The notes: generated by a model not told the origin, from the sequence alone. Shown: positions 26,834 through 40,552, counted from the first letter of the stretch. The stretch is 64,000 nt of DNA from Octopus vulgaris (GCA_951406725.2 OX597828.1:10168001-10232000); one strand, 5' to 3'. Translations and numbers: made by a program.

Positions 26834-28711
26834 AAATAAACATACGGTATTTTGACAATTTCCTTTACCACTGGGCCTCGCTGATAATTAAAATTATCGT
26901 ACCTCTTAGATGTTGCGCTGACAGGGAAGTGAATGAATTCCAAAGTGGGTCTCTGTGACGTGTTGCTAGGTTCCTATCAACTAAACATTCAAATTAGACC
27001 GATTTCAAAATCAGTTTGAAGCTACATAGTCACAAACTTCTGAAGTTCAAAATTTAGCAACACCGGAAAATTTAAACAAATTACAAAAACAATTCTACTA
27101 TAATGATAATTTCTAATTTAAATAACAATGCTAGTAATTTTAACGAGATGTCTCCGTTGACACCAGTTCAGTACTTGATTTATCCCGTATTTTAACTTTC
27201 CCAATTGGACGAAATACAATGTTGACCTAGGAGGTATTCAAGCACAGATTGTAATGAACCAGAAGAAATACCGTAAACATTTTCTCACCCAAATATGCTG
27301 CAACTATAATAAAACTTTTTACTTACTTCAATTTGCGTGTCATTATCAAAAAAGACGACCCTTGTAATTTCTTTATCAAAACACTGCTTCCTCGCAAACA
27401 TTGCATGCTCATGGCAATCTTCTGGGAGGTACATCAATGTGTTATTTGTTTATCTTTTCTAGATGTACTTTGCTTTACAAAAAGCTATATTTTGGTATAC
27501 CCAGCTCTGATGAATGAGGGAATAAAGAATAAAAGTGATTATGTCTCACTTTAATTATGAATTCCATCAGGTGATGAATAAAGATGATCTTGATGAAATT
27601 TGAACTTAAAGCACACATTTTAAATGCGAATTCCCTGCCTTAATTGTTTAACTACTGATAGAAAATAACTACGGTGAGAATTGAAAAACCACAGTTTATT
27701 GAAACAAAATAAGTTGTCGTACTAGATTGATTTGGATGCAACCGTGGTTGATTCTGACATTCATGTTCATGAGAATGTTGAAGTGAGTACCAAACAAAAA
27801 TTAATGTCGATGAAATATACGCCATTCAAAGTGAATAACCTTGTGCTAGTTTCAGAAATCATTATTTCATAGAATATTATTCATTCATATTTTTGCTTCA
27901 TAGTTTTGTTGTTTATACCAGCCCAATGATGATATACTCCAATTAAATATAATATCAATTACTATCCGTATGTCCTACTTTTGCATATTTAATACGAAGA
28001 GTATTAATGATCTATAGTTTATTGTATATTTAAAGAACGTTATTTTTTTCCATTACGTTCGCAAAATTCTAAACGATAAATCGCTGCATACTTAAAATTT
28101 TAAATCTCTATGAATTTTCTCGAAAATACTTTAAGTATTTTGAATACGTATACAATTTTGAGCAATAAAATGCATATTTACTTCGACATCATTTTATAAA
28201 TATATTCAAAATATTTCTGTGTTCTTCAAGTATCGATTCATATCAGTCGCCGTAACATACGGTATGCGTCTGTTGTATGTCTACTAGAAAGATCGGAGAT
28301 ATAGAATAGACATCAATTGATGACGAAGCTACGCTGCTATCTCATAGATGGCGTCTTGCATCGGCAATCATTTTCTCGCAAGGGAACAAATAACAGATAC
28401 AAACAAGACAGTTGTTCCTTATCTAAATACATCATCATTTCTATTGTATAGGAGATAATATAAATAAGAATATAGTGTATAATATTTCTACTTTATTTGT
28501 TTAGGTAAATGCCTATGTATTATTTTATAAAAATATAATCAGTTGAAGTGTCTCATCGGAAATATTTCATCCATTTTACATAAATTACTGAGTCACATTC
28601 CATATATATATATATTTATATGCATACATATATACATGCTCATACATATACTTATATGTATAAGTCTTTACATATATACATATATATATATACATACACA
28701 TATGTATGTAT

Positions 28712-28745
<34 letters not shown>

Positions 28746-29741
28746 GCCAAAAATGTTTAATATTATAGAATATAAAGTTATTTATGCTAAAACATTTATA
28801 TTTGTTTGCAAAATATGGGTGACAATGGACGCTAATCTGCAACATCTGTTCATATATTTTAAAACTCATTACAGTATATATAAGTAACGAGCAGAGCTAG
28901 TTTTTCTAATTTTCTAAGAGGAAATAGTAAATGAGAGTAAATATCACACTGTTCATGCAGTTAGGGATTTTATTTGAAGACCGACGGTGCGAAATTCTCC
29001 CGGTGAGTGCTGGGCAAAATGCTTTTGGCAGTAAAAAGATCTTCGTGAATTTCTTGAACGTCAGTCAACCTACCAGAAATGTCAAGCAAATCTTATTTAA
29101 ATCATGTCTTAGTGCATTGCAAACATGATAGATACATTGAAAAATATATTCAAAGACACAATTCTACGGAAATACTCCAAAACAATGTAATTTATAGGTT
29201 GTTCGGTTAGGATCCTCTGGGAGATACGCTACAGCACGAGTACAACAAAAATGAAAGCACAGATAAGCAGCAGCAACAAAAAGAACAGTAGCCACAGCTG
29301 CAGTATTAGTAGTCAGAAATTGATGATAAACTGAGTAATATTTTTCATGCGAATGCATTGGCATAACCAGGATACATAGTATATATCTGTTCAATGTATA
29401 GCATTCTTAAGATTCGTACAGTACGAAGATGGTTTCCCTTAATATTATAAATCCCATGTCTTTGTTCTAGTTTTGTCCCATATCTCTCTTGAGTGAGCCT
29501 TTATCTTGCCGTACTGTAATTCTTCATATTATGTCCACGGTGCACTTTTCAGAAGATTAGGGTGTGTTTAAAAGAAAATTTCAATGTTGTGTTTAGAATA
29601 CGATGAGGGTAGCTTCTTGTGGCTCCCTGGGATATGTTGTGCACAGTATGTTAAAAATGTGAGAAAACATGAGAATATGTATATCTCTTTCTTTCTCTGT
29701 CTCTGTCGCTGTCACTATATATATATAATATAAATAATATA

Positions 29742-29796
<55 letters not shown>

Positions 29797-29861
29797 GTAT
29801 ATGTAAATACTTACATCTATACTTATAGATATATAAATTAAATTTTAAAAATATGTTCTCT

Positions 29862-29896
<35 letters not shown>

Positions 29897-29902
<6 letters not shown>

Positions 29903-30617
29903 TATGAGGGCACAGGATATCACGAAACGTGTACAACAAAAAATACGAAGTACGACTACATGGAATAGGAACTATTTTTTCGAACAGCGAAAGACACAAA
30001 TGGCTGTTTTTTTTCTACTCTCGTATTTCGAGCAATTCACAACAAGATACGCTTTCGATAAATCAGTTGCTCCTGCAAAGCAAATTAAATAAAATTTGGG
30101 ATTTTTTGCGGAGGGTCAAAATTGGTAACAAACACAGGTCAGTGAGAACAAACAGGAAGGGCTGCTAAGCCTAAACAAGGTTGTGGTGGCGAACACGTAA
30201 ATCAAGCTTGTACAGGCGACAAACAAGGAACGTGTTCCTTGATCCAGCTACAACGGAGAGAAAGAAAGAAACACAATTTAGGAGAAGAAATAAAGATGGC
30301 TGATGTTCAGATGGTCAGGTAGGAGCCACGTGAGCAAGGGAGGAAGAGTGTGACAGACAGAGAACTTTGAAGTGAGGAGGAAAAAAATTGGAGATAGGAT
30401 GACAAAAAAAAACAGGAGGTGGAGAAGGGGACGTAGAAGAATAAGAGCAAAGAAGAGAGGTAAATGAAGGAGTAATTGGATAGAATAGTGGGAGAAGAGG
30501 AGGTAAAAAATAAGAGAGAGGAAGTGAGAAAAACGAAAGAGTAAAAGAATAGAATAGAGTGCGTATCAGAATTATTAATATAAAACTCACTTGGAAGAAG
30601 ATGCATGGTGTTCAAAC

Positions 30618-30664
<47 letters not shown>

Positions 30665-30861
30665 GTATATGTATATATGTATATCTATACGTACATATGT
30701 ACGCATATGTGGGCAGAGGAAGTCAGGAAACGTTACAACAAAAAGTGCGAAGTACTAGTACATGGAATATTATTTCCAACAACGAAAGACACAAATGGAA
30801 AACAAGACAATAGCATAAAGAACGACCGTTCATCAGTTGTCGGCTGTTTTTTCTACTCTCG

Positions 30862-30868
<7 letters not shown>
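29897..30868 (-). mobile_element. Dispersed repeat with a partial tandem copy (probable PLE pseudo-LTR family)
   Basis: About 29897-30027 is repeated at 30700-30867, and 30081-30607 is homologous to 52687-53105. Inserted in (TA)n; minus-strand CTGATGA at 30830-30836. Confidence 0.55.
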
Positions 30869-30925
<57 letters not shown>

Positions 30926-31099
30926 CTACGTATGTATGTATATATACATATGATGGACTCTCCCGTGGGTTTTGTCGCATTCGGATCCGACAACCTGCTC
31001 TTTCTTTGTCAGTCATAATGCTTAAACCGAATGTGATATTTATGTCCCGCCAACGAATTGCAAAGAAGCCTATAGGTTCTGCAGGTATGAGTATTACAG

Positions 31100-31290
31100 A
31101 TCAGTACAGGTGGAATTTCGCCTGTCTTAACGCCCTGAGTTCAAATTTCTCCAAGGTTGCCTTTGTCTTTTATCCCCTCTCGTGTGTGATAAAGTAAGTG
31201 CCAGTTGATCACAGGTTTAGGAGGACGAGAGATGTAATCGGCATACCCCTCCTCCGAAGTTGGTGGCATTTTACCAAAATTTGAAACTAC
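31100..31290 (+). mobile_element. Old SINE family B copy
   Basis: ctgagttcaaatttctccaaggttgcctttgtcttttatccc..gataaagtaagtgccagttg. Confidence 0.65.
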
Positions 31291-31439
31291 TATATGAAAA
31301 CGTGTGTGTGTGTGTTGCGCATATCTCAAATGAATATAGAGGTTTAAAGTACTTCCTGTTATACGTGAATGTTTGACAACAGGAAAAGGTGTGACTCTGT
31401 GATATGAAGTTGACTGTCCAGCCATATGTTTTGGGGAAA

Positions 31440-31760
31440 GGCACCTTGACTAAGTGCCGCGACCGACCAAAGCATTGTGTAGATTTGTTGAACAAACTGA
31501 AAAAAAACAAAGCATATCACATGTATATATGTGCATGTGTGTATGTATGTAAAGATGGGTAAATGTGAGTGTGTGTGTGTAGCGGTTTGGCAAAAGAGAT
31601 CAATAAAATAAGTAGACGGCTTGAAAGAAACTACACCCACAAACAAACAAATTTCATAAATACTATGGTCGATTTGTTCGACTAAATCATTGAAGGCAGT
31701 GCCCCAGTATGGCCGCAGTGTGATGATTTGAGGATTGAAACATGAGCAAGATAAAAGAAA
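31440..31760 (+). mobile_element. Old, deleted SINE family A copy
   Basis: ggcaccttgactaagtg..ccgaccaaagc..tagcggtttggcaaaagag..ccccagtatggccgcagt..gattgaaac. Confidence 0.65.
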
Positions 31761-33128
31761 ATACATTCGTTATATTTCTGAAGCACATTATCATTAATAT
31801 ATTTAAAAAAATCATAAAATTTTCTTTTTTCATAAGTATATATTTTATATTAATCAAACATACATTTTTTATAAATATGGTCGTTGTATTCAAATATATG
31901 TGTGCATATCTGCTTGCCTTTTGGTGAAGGTCAGTCTGTGCGTCTGTCAGTCTGTGCGTGTTCGTATGTGTTTGCGTGCGTGCGTGTGTGTGCATGCGTG
32001 GGTGTGTGCATCTACGGTGCTGAAAACATACTGTCAATAATTAATATTATAAACAAAAATAAAACACCATGAACCTAGTCAAACAAAAACCAGTCGCTAA
32101 ACCACATTGCCCTTTCTGATTTGTGTTGTTTTCTAAAACCAGTTTGAAACTAAACTGGACTGTTCGAATTGTAATATACTATTAACGTTATAACGATATT
32201 TGACGTTCCATTTAAATCTGTTAATACACTGTTTTCATTAAAATAATAATTTAACCTCAGAACTGAATGATTATATTTAGCATTCTGAAGCAACATATTA
32301 TTTATTAGTGTTTTGAGATTATTGTAATACCCATATGAAAGCTAAACAGGAAGCGTGTCTCTCGAGACAAGCCCTTTAAATTCAGTCTACCGTCATATTA
32401 GAATGTGAAAAAAAGAACACAACCTAAGTAGATTCATTGTAAATAACGAATATAAAACCAGATAAATGCATTATTTCACCAGTAAAGAATATAGTTCAAT
32501 ATCAAGCCAGAATCACAAAATCGATTCCGTTTTATGGATGTTAGAGTAAGTTAACTAGTAATGCGTGCATAATAGAATGGGGTCATGTGATTTGCTTTAC
32601 TTGTAATTGGCTTTTACCTTCAATTATACTTCTAATTTCAAGTTTGAAATGGATCTTTATCATGTTACACATTATGGTCTATTGCGCTTCAGAACAATGC
32701 TCCTAGGTTACTTACAGATGTTAATGCCAGCTATGTTTTAGAAAGAGATTAGTCGTGTATTATTTTTTCGAAGTCTGGTTGAATGTCTCAATACGTACCT
32801 CTAGTCCGTTGTTTGGAATGGAATATCAATCTCAATTACTAAAACATTAGTGGATGTCTGAAAAAAAAGTATTATTTTATTGTTGTCCTCAATCAAAGTG
32901 ATTCAAATATCGAACACTCTGTCAAGAAATGTCTCTTATTCTTCGTCCATCAATGTCCTTCGTGAGTGTTACATATACAAGTGTTCATTATTGTTTCCTG
33001 CACACATCGTGCAACAATTTTCTCTTTACAGCTCTCTGCTTTTCTCTTTGTCCCCGTCTCTATCTATCTATCTATCTAAAGAGAGAGAGAGAGAAAGAGA
33101 GAAATAGATAGGTAGATAGACATATATG

Positions 33129-33170
<42 letters not shown>

Positions 33171-33181
33171 TACATATGTAT

Positions 33182-33234
<53 letters not shown>

Positions 33235-33266
33235 TACATACATATACATATTTACATATATATATA

Positions 33267-34553
33267 CCTGGACCGATCAATAAATATCCAGACTGTTGCC
33301 ATAGTAACGAAGCTAAAACATGCAGAGTGACGTCGCTTGGCACAGATTGTCCTTGAACTCTATTGTGCATGTGCACAAAGTGTTAATGTTGTAGCCCACT
33401 CCTGCTGTTTACAGCAGTGCTTGGTAGGAACGTGTGTAGCATGTGATCATCGCATTGACCATGACAGTGGAAGTTGAGCAGAGATTCTGCATTAAATTTT
33501 CTGGAAAGCTTGGTGATATCGACTCAGAGGCATACACAAAGTTGCAGAAAGTGTATAGGAAGCAGTGTATGAGCCGCTCAAAAGTGTACAAGTGGTTCAG
33601 ACGCTTCCAAGATGGCTGAAAAATGTCGATATGGACGAACGTTCTGGGAACGTTCCAAAACAAGCAGAACTGAGAAAAACATCGCAAATGTTCGTTCAGC
33701 AGTGACGGGAAATCATCAAATCACCATAGGTGAATTATCAGAGAATGCGCACATTAGTTAGGGTCAGTTCGGTCCATTATCACTTAATATTTGTGTACAA
33801 GACACGGGGCTGCCAAGTTTGTGCCAAACCTGCTTTCTGCTGAACAAAAAGTCACTCTGGTTTCAGTTGCACAAGATCTCCTTGAATGTATCGAGAACGA
33901 TGAAAGTTTTGAAAACGGTCATAACAGGTGACGAATCGCGGGTCTATGGCAATGGCACTGAAACAAAGGCTTGGTCTTCGCAGTGGAAGATCCAAACCTC
34001 TCCGAGACCGAAGCAATGTGTAGACACTGCTACACGTTTCCTCGACTACAAGGGGTTTTGTCCATCATGAGTATGCTCCACCTGGTCAGACGGCAAACAA
34101 GGAATGTTTACCGTGACGTTTTGTAGCGTTTGCGGGATGCTATTCATCGGAAAAGGCCACAATTGTGTGCGTTCGGTGAGTGGCAATTACGACATGACAA
34201 CGCATCTGCCCATTCAGCGCAGCTTGTTCGGCAGCTTTTGGGTTGGCCCAGTATTACCCTGATCTCTCCCTTGCGACTTTCTCCTCTTTCACAAAGTCAA
34301 ATCCCACTTGAAAGGGAGAAGATTTCAGGATGTCGGGAAAATCAAAGTGAATCAAAGTGAATGTGACGAGGCAGCTGCTGATTATCCCAGAAAATGTGTT
34401 CCATGAATGCTTCTATAAATGGAAACAGTGCTGGATTAACTGTGTGACTTCCGAAGGAGACCTCTTTGAAGGAGATTAATTGACAAATTGGAATTGGTAC
34501 GTGTTGTAATTTATTTCTTATAGCACCGGTCTGTTTAGTTATAGATGAGACCA

Positions 34554-34555
<2 letters not shown>
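33267..34555 (+). mobile_element. Full-length (~1.29 kb) decayed mariner element
   Basis: TA-flanked degenerate TIRs (cctggaccgatcaataaatatccagact / ggtctgtttagttatagatgagaccacg). Transposase pieces MTVEVEQRFCIKF, KFVPNLL, VITGDESRVYG, WQLRHDNASAHSA, YYPDLS. Multiple stops and frameshifts. Confidence 0.92.
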
Positions 34556-34624
<69 letters not shown>

Positions 34625-34793
34625 GATCCAAGTCGAGGTGTAGGAAGAAAGTTAGCTTCAAGCAATTCGGAGTAAATATAAAAGAAAACAATTTTCAAGG
34701 ACAATAGTGGTTTATTAAAACGGAAGGCTGTGGATGTTTTTCGAATCTGGGAAAACTTATTTTCATATTTCACGGTAAGCGACCAGGGTTGCC

Positions 34794-35190
34794 GGGTATA
34801 AGAATAAGAATATAAGAGTTAAAGAATGGAGTAGATAGGATCCAGGATACGTATGTTTCAAAGCGAGCGGAACCTCGCAAGTGGTAAATATCCAAGTGCA
34901 TTGTATACCGTTGGCTACTCTTCAGGTCAAGGATATCTTGATTAAATGAAAGTTTACATTGTCGCAAGGAAGTTCATGTTAAGATGCGGAAGATTGAATC
35001 ATCCACATCTTAACATGTACATTCTTGAGACAATGTAAGCATTCATTTAATCAAGATATCCTTGTCCGGTAGAGCAGCCTACGGTATGCACTTCGCTTGG
35101 ATATTTACCAATTCCGATGTTCGGTTCGCTACGAAACATGTAGCCCGGATCTTATATACTCCATCCCTTAACTCTAGTATATATATGCCC
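34794..35190. mobile_element. ~400-bp fold-back element with two divergent long-stem-II hammerhead motifs
   Basis: Palindrome centred at about 34996 (catgttaagatg / catcttaacatg; ggatatcttgattaaatgaa / ttcatttaatcaagatatcc). Left arm, minus strand: CTGAAGA-GTAGC (34925-34914). Right arm: GCTAC-GAAACATGTA (35128-35142). Confidence 0.85.
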
Positions 35191-37926
35191 TTAATTCCTT
35201 TCACACAATACATAAATCTCATGAAGTTCTGCTATGAGTATCCTTTCTTCTGAATGAATGAGTAAGATATACATCGGATCTTACACAATTTAGCTTGCTT
35301 CAAATATCTAAATGTGAAACGCCCTGGTTTTAGACTAATTTGACATTCTTATATCCCATTCGTCTTTTTTTCATGGTAATTGAATATGTTGTTATTCGAT
35401 AAATGCACCATTGTTTTTATGCTGTGACGCAGTTTCACAAGGTTAAGGACTTTAATCTTATTGTTCAGTTTTTTTATCTAAACTATGGTTATGACGAATG
35501 TTTCTCTCTTCAATTCCCTAACCCCTTTCAGTTTATAACAAGTAAGCCCTGTGCTTTATGAATCCAGCAATTACAGCGATAAGTATTTATATTGAACATG
35601 TTTATAACTGTCGTCCATGAAGAAGAAACTTCAAATCTACATCAATTCAAAATATATTTGCAAATAAATATAAGTAAATTACTGTCCATTAAACGAGTCA
35701 ATGAGGGAAGCCTATATTGCACATCAATCTGCTAGAAATACCAACTAAATCTCCCTCATAATGCAGCCTATCATCTTATACAAAGCATGGAATAACGGGG
35801 GACTGTGGCGTTATAAGGAAATTATCGTGGTCGATCCTAGATTTACTAGTTCAGAGTTCACATGGTGTTAATAAACAATAACTAATGGAGGTTAAATATC
35901 TTGGATACATTTTGGAAAAAAATAATCTTCAATCATTTTGAAAAGATGTTGCATTAATAAAAGATCGATTCTACTGTAGTAGCCAATAGTTGTTTCCAAA
36001 CTTTTGGAGCAGTCTTTAAATAATTACAGTCTAATACGATTATTTATTTATTTTCTGTTTAAGGTAAAATGATTTAGAAGAGAAGAATGATGGGGTATGT
36101 TGTAAATGATGATTCGCAAAAAAAGAATACGTTTTAAGGAATACATGTTTCAAATCGATATTCGACAAAAAAATGTGATTAAAATATAACCCAGCTTATA
36201 CTTACAACATTTAAAATCTGCGTTTTTGTAGTTGACTTGCAAAAGATAATGAATAAATAATCACAACTTTTGTTTTTGATGAAGTGAAAATCGAACTGAC
36301 CCTGTCTAGAATATTCGAAAAAACTAGCCACCCTGTAAGCAGGTTTGTGCGATTCGATAAATGAAATTTGGTTGGGAGAAATTCGAAAATGAAATGAAAA
36401 ACGAAATATATAGTTAAGAATGAAAATAATGTGTTAGATGTGGTAACCGAAGAATATATATGATCGAAAACAGTTCCCTTCTTATGTTTTTCTGATATCA
36501 GCTTTAAACTAGCAAATTGATGATCAGTGTTATTTCAATCGTGGCCATCACGTATTGTATCCATGAATTTATTTTCCAATCCATTTTTATTCTAGAAGCC
36601 ATTTTATTATGACTTCTGTACGATTTTGCTCCGCTTTTTAGCAAGTCTTATGAGCTCGCTGGAGCTCCAATATTTACACCTGTTCCTAACACAGTAAATG
36701 TTTAGAATTAAAGCAGTAAATTAATTCTAATATTCCGGGTAAAAGAAGTTTATTCAGTTCACATAATTTCTTCTATCCTAAATTTTCGTCTGCATATATC
36801 ACAAGTAGATATAACAAAATATAAGTGTGCTAATTTGACATTCATATTTTCAAATTCGTAATAGACTTAAGAAAATAAATTTCGAGAAATCTTAGTGTCG
36901 AATGGTCATCGAAAAAAAATATTTCTTTCATATGTGCAATATAGCGTCGGAAAAGATATTGCTGTATATGTTTCAAACAATGCTCATTTTTCCGGTTTTT
37001 GCGTGACATTTTGTGCGATTTGTTAACCATTTATAATCAACATTAAAAAACTCAATGATAAGTAGGGATTAGCAAAATTGTATTAGGTGATGTTTATCCG
37101 GGGAAAACGAAGTGTGCTGAAATACCAAGGATCAGAACACTGAACAACACCGCTAAACCAATAATTAATATCCGTTTATTCATGATAAGAAACGAAATAG
37201 ATTTTCCTTTCAATTAAGAAGAAAATATTATTGCTGTCTAGTAATTTAGTAGTGATCATTTGATGTACCCCGAAGACTGCTGGATGTAAATAAAGCAAAT
37301 GATGGGTTACTGGGTGTCATTGCTTACAAAAGGACGCCGCTAAATATGAAGAGGACTCGATTGGTGATGTCAAACAACGAAATAAACTCGCTTTGAAGCA
37401 AACAAAAACTAAATCATGATGTAATCTCCTCTTAACAAGATTCTACTAGTACTTTAATATTTCCATCAAAATATAACATTATGGTTCATGAGAAGTGAGA
37501 TTAATCAAATAAATTTAGTGAGAATGAAGAAGCTTTAGAGAAAAGTGTAAGATATAACAATAACTATAATCGACATTTGGATACAATTATATAAAATAGA
37601 AAATAAAACATGCATTGCAATGATTAATCGTTTTCTTTTTCATTTTTTTGTGTGCATAAACCGGCTTATTTATGAATAATAGTAATTCTAACAAGACCAC
37701 TTAACTTAATTGGCAGTCAGACATTTTGAACTGAGGCAGCGACTCTGGCTGACCCGCAAAATATTTCGAGTAACATCTAATATGCCTACACTATTTATCC
37801 AAAAGTTTCTGCACAAAGTGTCTGTTACATTCGTATTAAATGAAGCTGATTTGATAAATACTACTACACTAGCTGGACCCATGCCTTCAAAAATGACGGC
37901 TAATTGTAGTATCTTATATATAACCA

Positions 37927-38250
37927 GTGGAGGCACATGGCCTAGTGGTTAGAGCAGCGGACTCGCGGTCGAGGGATCGCGGGTCTGAATCTCAGACCGG
38001 GCGATGTGTGTGATTATGAGTGAAACACCTAAGCTCCACGCGGCTCCGGCAGAAGGTTATGACGCACTTCTGCTGACTCTTTCGCCACAACTTTCTCTCA
38101 CTCTTTCTTTCTGCATCGTGCAGCTTACCTGCGACGGAACGGCGTCCCATCCAGGTGGGGAACCTATACGCCAAGGAAACCGAAAAACCGGCCCTATGAG
38201 CCAAGCGTGGCTCGAGAAGGAACAAACAACAACAACAACAACAACAACAA
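37927..38250 (+). mobile_element. tRNA(Arg-like)-derived SINE with (CAA)n tail
   Basis: gtggaggcacatggcctagtggttagagcagcggacTCGcggtcgagggatcgcgggtctgaatc: A box, B-box-like sequence, TCG at the anticodon position. Confidence 0.85.
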
Positions 38251-38394
38251 TATATAACCAAGTTTTTAGTTAATAATTCTTTTATTATCAGTCTTTTTTA
38301 TATTCGTGATACACTCAGGCAGTACTTATTTTCTCTAATGAGCTTGTATATGTATATGTAGGTGTATGTGACTGTAATAATTATTTTCAACAAA

Positions 38395-38752
38395 ACGGAT
38401 AGAATATCGTGGCACTCCGCCGGTTACCACGACGATCAACGGAACAGCTGGCTCGTGAAATTAATGTGTAAGTGTCGTACCTTTAACTTAGTTCTCGGGG
38501 AGATTCAGCGTGACACAGAGTGGGAAAATGCCGGCCCTTTGAGATACAGGTACAACAGAAGCAGAAAGAAAAAGTCAGAGAAAGTTATGATGAGAGGGTA
38601 CAGCAGGGTTCACCACCAACCCTTGCCGGAGCCTCGTGGAGCTTTAGGTGTTTTCGTTCAATAAACACTCACAACGCCCGGTCTGGGAATCGAAACCGCT
38701 ATCCTACGACCGCGAGTCCGCTGCCCTAACCACCGGGCCATTGCACCTCCAC
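38395..38752 (-). mobile_element. tRNA(Arg-like)-derived SINE, related head with a different 3' body
   Basis: Minus strand: gtggaggtgcaatggcccggtggttagggcagcggacTCGcggtcgtaggatagcggtttcgattcccagaccgggcg. Confidence 0.85.
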
Positions 38753-39106
38753 ATATGAATACAATCATAATCTTTGCGCCTCCACAGATAGAGTATGAAT
38801 GGTAAATCAAATTAATATGCTTGTCAATGTTATCTAGTTGTTATCTTTTGAGATGTGATATCGGTCGTCGTTTGTTACTGAAGGAACGCTGGTTCACACA
38901 TTCACATACTTCCCTTGTACACGTGTACACATAGTCACATATACTCACACAGTTAAAACGCTGTTTCATTTTTTTCCACCGTAGCATTTACATCATCTCA
39001 CTACAAAGTTTGCCATCACCCTTTCCTTCCTTATTCATCTATCATCCCCGCTTTTCTCATTCATATGTTGTGACGGAGAAAAACACAAAAGTATTATTAT
39101 ATCATA

Positions 39107-39629
39107 CTAGCTAGCCCCGTGCCGTAAAAAATGATGGCTAATTGTAGTCTTTGATATATGAATAAGGTACAAAATAAGGTACATAATAATCACAGGTGCA
39201 CACATTCACATACTTCACCTGTACACGCACGCACTTATACACACATACTCACACAGAGTTGAAACGCTGTTCGATTTTTCTTTTCAGCGTTTAATGTTCA
39301 CCATCCCACTTCTAATACACACGCACAAACAAACACACACACACACATACACACACACACAAAACACACACACACAAACACACACACACACACACAAACA
39401 AACACACACACACACACAAACACACACGCACGGGCACACAAACATCATATGACTTCCTTTTACATACACACATATTCACGAAGAGTTGAAACGCTGTACG
39501 ACTTTTTTTACTGTACGACTTTCATCCTCCCACTACCATGTTTGCCTCCTTCCTTATTCATCTATCATTCCTTTCTTTCTCATTTATATGTTGTGACTGA
39601 GAAAGACACAAGAGTATTATCATAGTAGA
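39107..39629 (-). mobile_element. Non-autonomous Helitron, complete unit 2
   Basis: Minus 5' end A|TCtactatgataatac (39629). 3' hairpin gccatca-tttt-ttacggc followed by CTAG|T (39107-39110). Confidence 0.8.
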
Positions 39630-39859
39630 TGTTTTTTTTTAATTATTAGCAGATACAGAAACGTCAGAGTGAAGTCTATATACTCCATATACAAAAAAGC
39701 CATTTTTGTGTTTGTTTTGCAATTAACATCAAAATTCTGAGAGTTTTATATTCTAAAATCTGGTTAATGTTGAGTTTTGTAGTATTTATAATTACGTAAT
39801 TATGCCGTCCCAACGATGATCAATAAAATATATTTCTTTTTTGTAAAACGTTACCGCAT

Positions 39860-40030
39860 GCGCAGGAGTGGCTGTCTGGTAAGTAGCTTGTTTACCAACC
39901 ACATGGTTCCTGGTTCATTCCCACTGCGTGGCACTTTAGGCAAGTGTCTTCTACTATAGCCTTGTGAGTGGATTTGGTATACGGAAACTGAAAGAAGCCC
40001 GTCGTATATATATATATGTATATATATGTG

Positions 40031-40073
<43 letters not shown>

Positions 40074-40289
40074 GTATGTGTGTGTATGTGCTGTGTATGT
40101 GTGTATATTTATGTGTTTGTGTTTGTCCCCCCCCACATCGCTTGACAACCGTAACTTAGCGGTTCGGCACAAGAGACCGATATAATATGTACTAGGCTTA
40201 CAAAGAATATGTCCTGGGGTCGATTTGCTCGGCTAAAGACGGTGCTCCAGCAATGCTGCAGTCAAATGATTGAAATAAGTAAACGAGTA
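39860..40289 (+). mobile_element. SINE family A
   Basis: gcgcaggagtggctgtctggtaagtagcttg..ggcaagtgtcttctactatagc..cagtcaaatgattgaaataagtaaa. Confidence 0.9.
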
Positions 40290-40499
40290 TGGAAGATAAT
40301 GGAATAACATTAGAACTCAAAAATTGTGCATGGAGGTCGTAAAGTTGAAATTAGTATATTTTACACGTGCTCTTTGTGGAGTGTAATGTACGTTTATAAT
40401 ACGAAACAAATAAGGATTCAACATCTTACGTGCAATATGAGGCATATACATTGATCGAACACAAGGTAAGTTTAACGACTATTTTGAAACCTGAATTAT

Positions 40500-40503
40500 A
40501 GTG

Positions 40504-40552
<49 letters not shown>

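Larger units (their letters stand above)
37869..39103 (-). mobile_element. Non-autonomous Helitron-like unit 1 (interrupted by two SINEs)
   Basis: a-CTAG-ctggacccatgccttcaaaaatgacggctaattgtagt (37868-37910) matches 39106-39148; 38895-39100 matches parts of 39200-39620. Confidence 0.6.

Noticed and set aside
27725-27790. Possible small exon ending at a gtgagt donor
   Set aside because: No polypyrimidine tract at the acceptor and no recognisable peptide.
37927-38005. tRNA-Arg gene
   Set aside because: No acceptor stem closes and the sequence continues into a SINE body with a (CAA)n tail. The same applies to the other tRNA-like heads.
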